From: Octopus sinensis
Lineage: Eukaryota
Assembly: GCF_006345805.1 (NCBI RefSeq)
Contig: NC_043006.1
Coordinates: 70,432,001 to 70,496,000 of the forward strand
Length of the DNA: 64,000 nt
Direction of reading: 5' to 3'
The translations under genes were made by a program, and so were the position numbers. The notes beneath the pieces are model-generated. The model saw nothing but the letters and a program-made list of their open reading frames with translations. It searched no databases and was not told where the DNA came from. Shown here one piece after another: positions 50,201 through 63,044 of this stretch; position 1 is the first letter of the stretch, and each line of letters begins with the position of its first letter.

Positions 50201-53061
50201 TTGTATTTCAGGGATGATATAGTCCTATATTTTTTATCAAAATGGTAGGTTGCGATTTGGCTGCTATTTCTAACTGGCAAAACTATTGCATAGAAATTCC
50301 TACAGTTTCACTGGAATTTAGTGTGTAGTGGTGGTGGCAGTGGTGATGGAGTAGTCTAGTGGTATTGGTGTGGCATATTGATGATGGAGTAGTAGAGTAG
50401 TGCGAAGGCGCATAGCTCAGTGGTTAGAGTGTTGGGCTCACAATCATGAGATAGTGAGTTCATTTACCGGGCTGGGCTGTGTGTTTATTTCACTTTATTT
50501 CATGTTGCTCCAGTTCACTCAGTTCATATATATATATGTACATGTGTGTGTATATGTTTGTGTGTCTATGTTTGTCCCCCCAACATCACTTGACAACCGA
50601 TGCTGGTGTGTTTACGTCCCCCGTAACTTAGCGGTTCGGCAAAAAGAGACCAATAGAATAAGTACTAGGCTTACAAAGAATAAGTCCTGTGGTTGATTTG
50701 CTCGACTAAAGGCGGTGCTCCAGCATGGCCACAGTCAAATGACTGAAACAAGTAAAAGAGAGTATAAGGTTTAATGTTTGGTTTGTCATAGCTGGGATGT
50801 CATATAAATGCATAGCTTAGTGGATTAGAGCATTGAACTTCTGCTTGCAATAAATATGAGTTCAGTCTCAGATTAAACATAAGCAGATATACATGGCATC
50901 AGATGTTTTACAGAAACTAAATAGTTCTATATATATTGTGTTATACTAGAGAAAAAAAGAAAAATACTTCCTTCTATAAACAACCAAATTTTTTTTTTAA
51001 TTGGTAAAAATTTTAGCTTTCAATGATATTAGGAAGGGCATCCAGCCATAGAAACCATGTCAGAGAAGACAGTGGAGCTTGGTGCAGTCTTCTGGCTCAT
51101 CACCTCTTGTCAAAACCATCCAACCCATGCCGGATCAGATGTTAAATGGTGATGATGATGATAGTGATTGACGAGTACACCAGACAAAATGCTTAGTGTA
51201 TTTCATTTGCCTTTATGTTCTGGGTTCAAATTCTGCTGAGATCAACTTTGCCTTTCATCCTTTCAGGATTGATAAATTAAGTACCAGTGTTTCACTGGGG
51301 TCAATGTAATCGACTAGTCCTCTCCTGCCAAAATTTCAGGCCTTGTACCTTTAGTAGAAAGGATTATTATTATTATTATTATTGAATGATCCTTCATGAT
51401 GACCTGATGAATACACCGTTGCTAAAACTGAATTTCAAAGAGTAGGAAACCTGCTTTTAGTACCACAAAACTAAAGATACTTCAGCTCTGGTCAATCACT
51501 GATCCTCTTCAAACTTCAAGGAAGTACAGGCATACTTCAATTTACATTGTTTTGAATTGCATCTTTTTAGATTTTTTTTAAAGAAATTAATGGAAAGAAT
51601 AAACCTTAATTTTAGTTGATTTATCTGACTCAAAAAGAACATATTTAAAAGCATAAAAATTATTTTAGAAAAAAACCCATGTAAACACCAATATTGAAGA
51701 GAAAATCAAATTAAATACATGTGAAAATATACACAAAGTATTTATTAAAATAGATATGTTAATTAATTTTCGTGTTTTTTCATGTTACTTTGTTTTTCAA
51801 ATTGAGTTGCATGTTTTGGAACCAATTACCATATCTGGGCTAGTGCTGCTACACACATGCACACACACATCCTAGATTATATCCAAAAGACCACATGACT
51901 GATTAACAAAGATTAACTCACCAACACACAACTACTGTATCAGACAGGCTGTTTTTTTCTGTTTTCTACTATTATTACTACTACTATTTTCGCCGCCACC
52001 ACCACCACCACCACTACTACTATACAGTCTCAGTTCCTAAGATCTAGCTAACTAAATACTTTTCTTCTCATCATCCTTCACAATCTCCCCCCACCCGCCC
52101 ACTCCTATACCAGATCCTAAACTAAGCACGATGTCCCATTTTCCCTGCAGACACTGACCTACAAATATGCTAAAACAGAACATCACCCGTCCATTTCATC
52201 ATCAGTCCGATCAGCCTAAGAGGGTCAGAAGAGGCTATGGACACAGCTCCCCTCTGAATAACAAATCAATCTTTAACATTTAGGCATTTGTCTATTCTAC
52301 TTTGCAAGCCATTATGAAGGTCAACAGTTGGTCAAAATCTCCAGACCGAACCAGCAGTAGACAGGAATGACCTGGATTTTGCAGTGAAATGACCAATTGC
52401 TTATCTACAATAATTCTATGAAAGATAACAAAGCAATGAGTTAATAGCAATAGTAGCAGACTGACCAAACCAATATGAATGGACATTAAATTATCTTATC
52501 TCTGTCTGTCCAGTTTTAGCAAAGATAGAATATAATTGCAGGCATCATTGAATAATGATTCTACCATTTAGGGCAATGTGCCAACAGTTACAAACCAAAA
52601 TATTAGGTTAAGGACTATATTTATTTCCTACTACCCTCCACCTCATTAACCATTCCAAAACACAATGTACTCCACTGTTTTCTGGCACATAATGTACTCT
52701 AATGTTTTCCAGTACGCAATATACTCTGTTTCCATTACACAATGTACTCTAAAGCATCCAGCACACAATGTACTCCACTATATCCAAGTGCACAATAAAC
52801 TTCAATGTTTTCCAGGACATTTATCTACTGTTTTATCCAACATTAAACTAAAAGTTAATGGGAGAACACAAGAACATTCTCTTCATATGTAGTCTATATT
52901 TTTTACTACTCACTATTTATAGACACTAGTATTCACTACAATCCTTTCTACTATAGACACAAGGCCTTAAATCTGTGGGGGAGGGGCACTATAATCAATA
53001 ATACTAACAACTATAGTCATATAGCTGTCATGAATGCTAACTACTATAGCTAACACGAATA

Positions 53062-53767
53062 TTAACCATTTCATTACTGTATTTATTTTGAGATGCTCTG
53101 TGTTTCTTTCAATTACTTTAAATATAACAAAGAATTAGTAAAATAACTTAGTTATCATTCAGCTAGTGTTAGGAACATAAATTGTGACTAAGGTTTGGTG
53201 GAAGATTTCAATTCAGAACTTATGAAAACAAGACATTTGTACTCAGAGCCAGAGCTGGTTTCAGCTGGGTTCGTATCAAAAGGGTTAAATTAATCATTTG
53301 TTAACCCTTTTGTTACCATATTTCTGTTGAGATGTTCAGTGTTTCCTTCAATTAATTTTAAATATAACAAAGAATTTAGTAAAATAACTTAGCTGTCATT
53401 CAGCTAGTGTCAGAAACATAAATTGTGACTAAGGTTTGGTGGAAGATTTTAATTCAAAACTTTCGAAAACAAGACATTTGTACTACAGAGCCAGAGGCAG
53501 TTTCAGCCAGGTTGGTATCAAAAGGGTTAAATTAATAAGTTGTTAACCCTTTTGTTACCATATTTCTGTTGAGGTGTTCTGTATTTCTTTCAATTAATTT
53601 TACATATAACAAAGAATTTAGTAAAATAACTTAGTTATCATTTAGCTAGTGTTACGAACATAGTGACAAAGGTTTGGTGGAAGATTTTAATTCAAAACTT
53701 ATGGAAACAAGACATTTGTACTGAGAGCCAGAGCCAGTTTCAGCTGAGTTGGTAACAAAAGGGTTAA
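53062..53767. mobile_element. Three tandem piggyBac-type MITEs (about 220 bp each, TTAA-flanked, CCCTTT TIRs) separated by 12-bp spacers
   Basis: TTAA at 53062, 53285, 53301, 53527, 53543, 53764; spacers ATTAATCATTTG and ATTAATAAGTTG. Confidence 0.9.
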
Positions 53768-54050
53768 TACTATAACTATCACCTATACTAACTGCTATGC
53801 CCATTGATACTAACTACTATAGCTGTCACCAATTCTAACTACTATAGCTGTCACCAATTCTAACTACTATAGCTGTCACCAATTCTAACTACTATAGCCG
53901 TCACCAATTCTAACTAATGTAGCTGTTGATACTAACTACTGTAACCATCAATTCTAACTACTGTAACCATCAATACTAACTATTCTAGCTATCACCAATA
54001 CTGACTATTACATCATCAATACTAACTATTATAGCTGTCACCAATACGTA
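53768..54050. repeat. 25-bp minisatellite (CTAACTACTATAGCTGTCACCAATT); degenerate units also left of the MITE array (52985-53060)
   Basis: AGCTGTCACC at 53821, 53846 and 53871. Confidence 0.92.
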
Positions 54051-55214
54051 CACTAGCATAGCTAGGGTGGGGCGGTAGGGGTGATCCACCCCAGGCAGCA
54101 CTTTTAAAGGGGCAACACTTTTGGGTCTGTTGTAGGCAATATGTATTTTTTGTGGAGTCTGGGGGTGGTAAACGGAGGGGTAGCCCCAGGCGGCACATGC
54201 TCTGGCTAAGCTAATGCTAACATAAAAGAGGATGTGGTGCATTATGTAAATTCTAGATGCAAACTAGTAAAGAAAAAGATGTGTTCAAATCCATAACCAA
54301 GTTCCCCAAATCTTAGATACAACATACAAACAATGGCACTTGCAAGTACCATATGTGTTTTATGTTGAGTATACCATGTAGCTTACATGGTATAAGCCCA
54401 CAGCCCTGCTAGACACTGCAGGTATATACTATGTAGAGTGTACTAAGGCCCACACAAATACACATAGCATGCATAAGTAAACTCTATTGACATATATAAC
54501 ATAAAGCAAGGGGCCCCAACCACCAGCCTACGGTTCATTTGGTACTCATTCACACAGAAAGAATACATTAGGTTTTGTTTTTTTCTGTTTTATCAAATAT
54601 TGCAGTCTGAAGGACGTTTTTGCACAATCTAATATTATAAATGTGAATATCAATGTGTCACACTTTTTCAACTTTACTCCTAGAAGCCACAGCCCAACAT
54701 GTCATATCATTTTGGAATCAGGCTGGTTCCTTGAGTAAATTAAAAACATTCTGGGTGGAATCCAGATCTGCAATCCTGAAGTTTTGGATTCCCAAAATTG
54801 CTATTGTTTTCGGCAATTTGTTTTTCATGACTTTTTGCGACAATTTTTCTAACTTGGAAATAAATTTTGGGATTAATCGAAATTAATTGCGTAATCCAGT
54901 GATTATTTTCGATGATTTTCTTTTTTGACTATTTGCTACGAATATGATCGTCATTGGGATATAACTCTGGAGAAAGCAATTGCCACAAATTCTCCAAAAC
55001 AAGTCAGAGTTCTGTTTGCAGATCTTCCCATTCAGGATCAGTTGCTTAAAAGCTATATACTAGCTTAAAATCTGCCCAATAGAGTAGCTTTTAAGCTAGT
55101 ATATATAATATATATGCTGACTACTTACCCTAAATTTAAAACCTTGTGCCTATAGCAGAAAGGTTTATCCTCCTCATCATCATCATCATAAGGGTAGTAG
55201 TTTAGTAGAATCGT

Positions 55215-56020
55215 TAAAGCAAGGCAGTGAGCTGGCAGAATCGTTAACACACCAGGTGAAATGCTTAGCGGTATTTCGCCTGCCATTACATTCTGAGTTC
55301 AAATTCTGCCATGGTTGACTTTGCCTTTCATCCTTTTGGGGTCAATAAATTAAGTACTAGTTGCGCACTGGGGTCGATGTAATTGACTTATTCCCTTTGT
55401 CTGTCCTTGTTTATCCCCTCTATGTTTAGCCCCTTGTGGGCAATAAAGAAATAAGAATTGTTAAAGCATTGGACAAAACTGCCTTACTGTATTTGTCCTG
55501 GTTCTTTATGTTCAATACTCTCTGAGGTTAATTTTGTTTACCATTCGTCTGGGGGTTGAAGGCCTATAAAATAAAATACCAGTCATGTATTGACATTGGC
55601 ATAATTAACTGCCCCTCCCCTCAAAATTTCTGGCTTTGTTCCTGTGTTAGAAACAATTATCATCGTCATTGTCATCATTGCCATCATCAAGGCAGCGAGC
55701 TAGCAGAATCATTAGCACAGCATTTCATCCCATCTTTACGTTCTGGGTTCAAATTCCGCTGAGGTCAACTTTGCCTTTCATCCGTTCAGAGTCAATAAAT
55801 TAAGTAACAGCAAAACACTGGGCTTGATTTACCCCCTCCCCACAAATTTCAGGCCTTGTGCATTTAGTAGAAAGGATTATTTTTATTATTATTATTATTA
55901 TTATTATTAACAGGCAGTGAGCTGGCAGAATCGTTAGCACGCTGGATGAAACACAGCAGTATTTCACCCATTGCTACATTCTGAGTTCAAATTCTGCTAA
56001 TGTTGACTTTGCCTTTCATC
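55215..56020 (+). mobile_element. Three + strand SINE-C copies (55215-55460, 55690-55880, 55910-56020)
   Basis: ggcagtgagctggcagaatcgttag heads. Confidence 0.88.
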
Positions 56021-56414
56021 CAAGGCTCACCCAGAGACCTCAAGAGACAACAAGTTAGAAGTTCAATGTTGGTGTTATGCCTAGGGTGCCATATATTTGG
56101 TTTTGCACATAGTGTTGTTTTAGAGAATGTTTAAGGAACCATAAGAAAATTATAAGTTTGTTTTAACATTTGAGATTACATGGACAGTATTTTACGCAGG
56201 CAATGGCAGTTCCCATGAGCACTATCTTTTGAATTTCTGCCATTTTTGGGTTTCCTTGTTATCATTCCCTGGGCATCTATGACAACAGGTATTGTTTTAG
56301 TCTACAGGTTCTACATTTTGCTAATTTCTATTTTTTTTTATTATTATAATAATAATAATAATAATAATAATATTACTGCTATTACTAATACTGCTACTTA
56401 TAACAAAACATTAT

Positions 56415-56491
56415 AATAATTTTCTGTTTCTTTATTTCAGGTAAGTGTTTGGTTTGTCCTTCCAAAAATATATTGAATCTTTACTGTGAGT
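56415..56491 (+). other. Recursive splice site (ratchet point) TTTCAG|GTAAGT with a putative 45-nt cryptic exon 56441-56485
   Basis: tttctgtttctttatttcag immediately followed by GTAAGT; a second donor ACT|GTGAGT at 56486. Confidence 0.65.
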
Positions 56492-57257
56492 ATTGTCTGA
56501 CTTGCTTTCCTTACACTGTTCTTGCTTAACCCTGAGCCAGCCTTGATCAAGACTAATGATTAAAGCAATTTCAACTAAGACCACCACTTCAGACACAATT
56601 CATCTACTACTACATAAAATGAACTTCCTTTTCTTTTTAAGAGAGTAGGATGTGATTTGAGGGAGGTGTTGCTACTATAGCTAGCATATTAAATGACTGC
56701 ATATAGGCTCCTTAGTTCACTGTGAGATGTGTCTATTTATGTTTGTGTTTAGACACATAACTATTATACTCCCACACACACACACAGAGGTCTTGTTTTA
56801 CAAATAAGGTTTTACAATATATGTTTGTATATATGTGTGTGGGTGTACATGCATGTGTTTCACTCAAGTGTGAGTGGGCATATGCATATATAGCATGTGC
56901 ATATTTTAGACGCGTATTTGAATATAATTATGCACGTATAGGTATGTGCACATGTGTGTGTGCATGCATGTGTGCAGATATGTATATGTGTATATGTATG
57001 GTTGCATATATATGTGCATACATAGGCATATGTATGTGTGTGCATGTATGCGTTTCATGTGAGCATGCATGTGTATGTGTGTATATGTGCGCATAAGCAA
57101 TTTCTATGAGCATTTTTACTTTTTTTACTTTCTCCTCTTCAATTTTTTCCCCTTATTTAATGACCATTCTAATAGCTCTTTTGTCTTAATAACGGTCAAT
57201 TACATAGGAATTTCCCTTTGTTTAACGGTCACTTTCATAGCATCTTTTAGATTGTCT

Positions 57258-57320
57258 TGATAACTGATGAGATGCTGGAGCAGATTTCCGCCCCGACATC
57301 CAAAACTCGGAGTTTTATTA
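57258..57320 (+). ncRNA. Decayed type I hammerhead motif (G12 to A)
   Basis: Stem I TGATAA/TTATTA; CTGATGA 57264-57270; long eroded stem II GATG..CATC; C-AAAA-C in place of C-GAAA-C; stem III ACTC/GAGT; GUU. Confidence 0.5.
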
Positions 57321-57350
57321 TGGCAACCGAATAATTGTCACATATATTAC

Positions 57351-57386
<36 letters not shown>

Positions 57387-57403
57387 ATACATACACACAT
57401 ATG

Positions 57404-57443
<40 letters not shown>

Positions 57444-57588
57444 CACCTGCCTTCGTCTTTTGTTTATTTCCGTAAACCTGCCTTCGTCTTTTGTCTATTT
57501 TCATAAAGCTTCCCGTTATATATATATACACACATACACATATGTATATATATATATGTATATATCTATCTATCTATATATATATATA

Positions 57589-57953
57589 CTAGCAGTATCG
57601 CCCGGCGTTGCTCAGGTTTGTAAGGGAAATAACTATAAAGCATTTTTAGAGAGTTATAGCCAAAAAATGGAAAAAAAATGATGGTAAATTTTTTTTTTAG
57701 TTAAAAAGGTCGAGTTGCGTCCCCTAGACAGTCTGTGGTTTGTGTTTCTGATTCTCGACCCCATGTTGAATTTATCGATTTTTTTCAGAACTGGGGGAAC
57801 TTTTCAAAATTTTCGGTGCGTTAGTTTTGAATTATGACATTGGGCTATGTGTGTGTCAAGTTTCATCAGAATCGGTTGAAAGCCGTGGTCAGGGTGAGGG
57901 TACAACCTGACAGACACACAGAAACACACACAGACAAACTGCCGTTTATATAT

Positions 57954-57958
<5 letters not shown>
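57589..57958 (-). mobile_element. Complete non-autonomous Helitron (370 bp)
   Basis: Minus strand A|TC start at 57958 and hairpin + GATACTGCTAG|T end at 57589; inserted in a TA microsatellite. Confidence 0.9.
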
Positions 57959-57996
<38 letters not shown>

Positions 57997-59025
57997 TACA
58001 TACACACACACACATATATATATATATATACATATACATACATATATGTGTATATATATATACACATACATATATATATCTATATATATATATATACATA
58101 CATATATATATATACACATACATATATATATATATATATATATCTATATATATATATATATATACATACATACATATATATATATTATATATATATATAT
58201 ATAATATATATATATATGCATGCACTTGTAAACAACAGTTTAGATTGATTGTGATAACAATCCCCACTACAAGAATTGGACAACTAACCTCTTTCTAACA
58301 CAGTCAAATACTGGCTGACAAGGAAAGAAAATGTGTGAATGTAGTTAATTGCAATAAGAAAAAGATATTACTAAAATTTCAGAAAGTGGTTATTTATTGG
58401 GGAATAGAAGAAAAGCAAATTGTGTGTTGTGTTGTACAGGAGTCACAATAGTAATTTCTTGATAAGGAGCCTCTGTTCAAAACATCGATGATTTTCTTTT
58501 CCTCAAGGTAAATTACATTTAGTTTTAATAACTACATTTTCTTTCGATATCATGCTATTTCCAATACAGATACACATTCAGTTTCTGTGATTCAAAATTT
58601 TGCTTTACTGGGTTATTATTAATACCCCACCTTTTCCTTCAGTCTTTCGTTTGACATCTCTCTTTCTCTTGCTCTCTCTCTTGTCTAATTTCCTCCCTGC
58701 TTTCTTCTGTTATTAGAGAAAAGACAACGGAAGGGGGAAGTCAGAGGAGATCATGTGAAGGTGGCAATGACCATCCTGTCATTTTGTGAATATGTAACAC
58801 TACATTATCTAATGTGTTCTTATTCAATGCTATGCTGAACTATCAAATATAACTATAGATTTTAGCCATCACTATTTATGATAGCCAAGTTGCTTCCAGC
58901 TGTTCATATATCAGTATTTTATCAATTGAACTAGCTGCCAAGAATGCATTATATATGCAAATAGGTCTACAAAATTCAAGCTCTCACTAATAGTGGTTTT
59001 ATAAGCAATGTCTCTAGGGATAGTT

Positions 59026-59093
59026 AAAGAGAGTACTCACTTGCTGATGAAGTCCCAATGCATGACTGAAACTAGTCCAGCTGATCTCTCTTT
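59026..59093 (+). ncRNA. Canonical minimal type I hammerhead ribozyme
   Basis: CTGATGA 59044-59050; stem II AGTC/GACT; GAAA 59068-59071; palindromic stem III ACTAGT; GUC triplet (cut after 59077); stem I TCACTTG/CAGCTGA plus distal AAAGAGAG/CTCTCTTT. Confidence 0.8.
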
Positions 59094-60639
59094 TTCTTTC
59101 CACAAAGATATTGTATGTAATATAAAGACATGATGTTTATATCTGTCTATACATACAATGTCAGTTAAAAATCTATAGATATATTCTGTACAAAATAACA
59201 TTGAAAAAAAATGCAGTTAATAAACCAGTAATATTCACAGTTAAAACAGTGGGATATGTTTTGAGTGAGATTTGACTGCTATTTCTTGCAGCTCACACTA
59301 ACCAATCACATTGTTGATTCTTCATTAGTTGTATGTTAGAAATTGCAATAGTAACCATAGTGGAATGGTGGCAATGATGATCATAGGTCTTCTGGGTAAG
59401 GGCTTACCCAGGGCTAAACAGCATTCGCGACAACTAGCACTACCACTATTACCAGGAATACAACCACCACAACTGCAATTACTACAATGATTACTGTTGC
59501 CACCACCAACACCACTGCTATTACCACAATTGTACCTCAGATTATATAACTGTTGATAATGAGTGCATCGTCCGAAATGTCAAGATCTCCCCCTCACACA
59601 TCTGTCACAGCAGTACTATCTCTACTACCCACCATCACAGCACCACTATGTACATAATTACTACTACCACCACCACTTCTACTATCACTGTTTCCATCGT
59701 CATCATCATAGTCATCATCATCATTACAGCTATAATTAACCCTACCACCATCACCAAAAATCACCTCCTCCTCCTTCACCGCCACCACCGATACCATCAT
59801 CCACGATTAACTACTTCATCATCACTACCGACATCACCTTTATCACCACACTGCTTCCATTACCACCACCATCATCACCACTACAAGCATCACCACCACC
59901 AACATCACTCCCATCACCACTACGACCAACATCATCACCACTATCAACATCATCATCACCACCACCATTACTAACATCATCTCTGCCACCACCACCACCA
60001 CGTCCAGTGTCCATAGCCCCACTCTAGTCTAATTAAATATAATTATTTTCCCAGACAGCTGGGGTTTTAATAATGTGGTTTCAACTGATGTTGGTATTGT
60101 TGTTGTTGTTGTTAGTGGTGGTGGTGTCTGTAACAACAGTGGGGGAGGTTGCATGGAGTTTGATTACATGGAGGTAGCGGTGTTGTATGGTGATATCTGT
60201 TACAGCAGCAGCATTATCAGTATTGGTGGTGGCGGTGGTGGTTGCAAGATTGTGTTAGCTTGGGTAATTAGTGCATGTGTGTGTGTGTGTGTGTGGCTGC
60301 TTGACATTTGAAGATCCTGTAATTATTCTCAAATAATGAGAATTCTTTCACTTTTCACTTTGGCTTAGCCTTTCTTCAGTGTTGCTCACACCAAAGTTTT
60401 GCAACAACAGCAGGCCTCTGTGAAGTCGGTCACCATGCCAGAAGTAGTAACCAAACACCCCTCTCTCTCTCTCATTGTTCTTACCCCCCCACCCCGTCTT
60501 AAACATCAAACACATTTCATGATGTTGTCCTAGATATATACAGAGCTATGGCTAGAATGTCTTTGATTAACATAGGTCTACTGGGTCAGGGACTGACCTG
60601 GGGCTAAACAACAATATTAAAGGTAATAATGATTTAAAA

Positions 60640-61504
60640 TTTTGGCACAAGGCCAGCAATTTCAGAGGAGGGGGCCTAAGTCAATGACATCAACCACAGT
60701 GCTCAACTGGTACTTATTTTATTGACCCTGGAAGGCAAAGTCAACCTTGGCAGAATTTGAACTCGGAACGTAAAGATGGACGAAATGCTGCTAAGCATTT
60801 CATCCAGCATGCTAACAATTCTGCTAGTTTAATAATAATAATAATAATAATAATAATATTCTTTTCTACTAAAGGCACAAGGCCTGAAAGTTTGCCGGAG
60901 GGGACTAATCAATTATATTGACCCCAGTGCGTAACTGGTACTTGATTTATCGACCCTGAAAAGATGAAAGGCAAAGTTAACTTTGGCAGAATTTGAATTC
61001 AGAACATAGCGACGGGCGAAATACCACTAAGCATTTTGTCCAGTGTCCTAACGATTCTGCCAGCTCGCCATCTTAGTAATGACGATAATAACGCTTTCTT
61101 TATTAACCACAAGTGTTGACAAAAAGGTCAAGGACAGTGCAGGACAATACAGAGTGGGTTTGCTTAAGAAGTGTCTATAAATATTAAAAAAAAAAGATGT
61201 AGCAAAAATATTCAGTGGTTTTTAGAAAAGGTACAAATTTATATAATGTTGATGGCGTAGGAGTGGCTGTGTGGTAAGTAGCTTGCTTACTAACCACATG
61301 GTTCCAGGTTCAGTCCCACTGCATGGTACCTTGGGCAAGTGTCTTCTACTATAGCCTCGGGCTGACCAATGCCTTGTGAGTGGATTTGATAGACGAAAAC
61401 TGAAAAGAAGCCCGTCGTATATATGTATATATATGTATGTATATATATATGTATGTGTTTTCCACCTGCCTTCGTCTTTTGTCTATTTTCATAAAGCTTC
61501 CCGT

Positions 61505-61541
<37 letters not shown>

Positions 61542-62315
61542 GTTTGTGTGTTTGTCCCCCAACATCGCTTGACAACTGATCCTGGTGTATTTACGTTCCC
61601 GTAACTTAGCGATTCGGCAAAAGAGACCGATAGAATAAGTACTAGGCTTACAAAGAATAAGTCCTGGGGTTGATTTGCTCAACTAAAGGCGGTGCTCCAG
61701 CATGGCCACAGTCAAATGACTGAAACAAGTGAAAAAGTAAAAGAGAGTAAAGAGAGAGAGGTGGCATTTATATTTATAATGTTGTTGTTGTTGTTGTTGG
61801 TGGTGGTGGTTGTGGTATTTCCAAAATGTTAAGAGAGGGTTTATAGAATGTTGACTGTTGTGTCAACGTTATATATAAATATTGGTTTCAAATGTTGTCA
61901 CAAGGGGAGAAAGTTCAGGAGAAGGGGTAAGTTGATTACATTGGCCCCAGTACACAACTGGTACTTATTTTGTCAACCCTCAAAAGGATAAAATACAAAG
62001 TTGACCTCGGTGGAATTTGAACTCAGAACTTAAAGATGAACAAAATGCCAATAAGCATTTTGCGCAGTATGCTTACAATTCTGTCAGCTTGCTGTCTTTG
62101 ACTTCAAATTTTGGTACAAGGCCAGGAATTCCTGGGGGAAGGGGAAGTTGATTACATCAACCTCAGTACTTGACTGGTACTTTATTTTAATGACCCAAAA
62201 GGTATGAATAGCAAAGTTGATCTCAATGGTATTTGAACTTGGAATATAAAGAGCTGGAAAAACTACCATTAAGCATTTTGTCCAACATGCTAATGGTTCT
62301 GCCAGCTCACCACTA
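60640..62315 (-). mobile_element. Four minus-strand SINE-C copies (60640-60830, 60855-61075, 61890-62090, 62100-62315)
   Basis: Reverse complement of the SINE-C consensus. Confidence 0.88.
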
Positions 62316-63012
62316 TAAACTGGTTTCTGATTTGTGCACAATGCCAGCAATTAGCTGATACTGTTGACCCCCAGAGGAAGATGGCTTTCCCCAATCCTCT
62401 CAGCCTTGTCTACTGCATGACCTCTTTCCCCATAGACACTACACAGAAGAATACCACTTGCCCTGCTTTGTTAAGGGAAGGTGGTCAGGCATTTCTCACA
62501 ATGGATTTGGCTTAGAGCTGAATTCATTCAAGCAAGGTCATTGCCAGTGCTGCACGACTGGTCCTTGTGCTGGTGGCACATAAAAGCACCCACTACACTC
62601 TCGGAGTGGTTGGCGTTATGAAGGGCATCCAGCTTTAGAAACTCTGCCAGATCAGATTGGAGCCTGGTGCAGCTATCTGGTTCGCCAGTCCTCAGTCAAA
62701 TCATCCAACCCATGCTAGCATGGAAAACGGACGTTAAACGATGCCGCTGCTGACGACCTATAGTAATCACTGATCCAAAAGCCCTCTGAAACAGGCTGGC
62801 TCGTTCATCATCATCAATGTCTAAAGTTACCTCAAGAATGTCCTTATTCTCACCATCAATAGATCTCTATTTTTTGCTCATATAGAACCTCCACTGAACA
62901 TATTGCTCTACTGATAGAAGGCAGTGAGCTTTTTACTTTAAATGTGACTGTTGTCTTTATCAAAGCCAGTGACCGTGTACGGCTTCCTGTATTGACTTGT
63001 GTGCATGCATGC

Positions 63013-63044
<32 letters not shown>

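Noticed and set aside
58717-58760. Strong acceptor at 58716 with a purine-rich segment
   Set aside because: Only weak donors (GTCAGA, GTGGCA), giving non-3n lengths.
59381-59402. Hairpin CTGGGTAAG-GG-CTTACCCAG with donor motifs on both strands
   Set aside because: Aligns with a decayed family-G repeat copy; probably chance symmetrisation.
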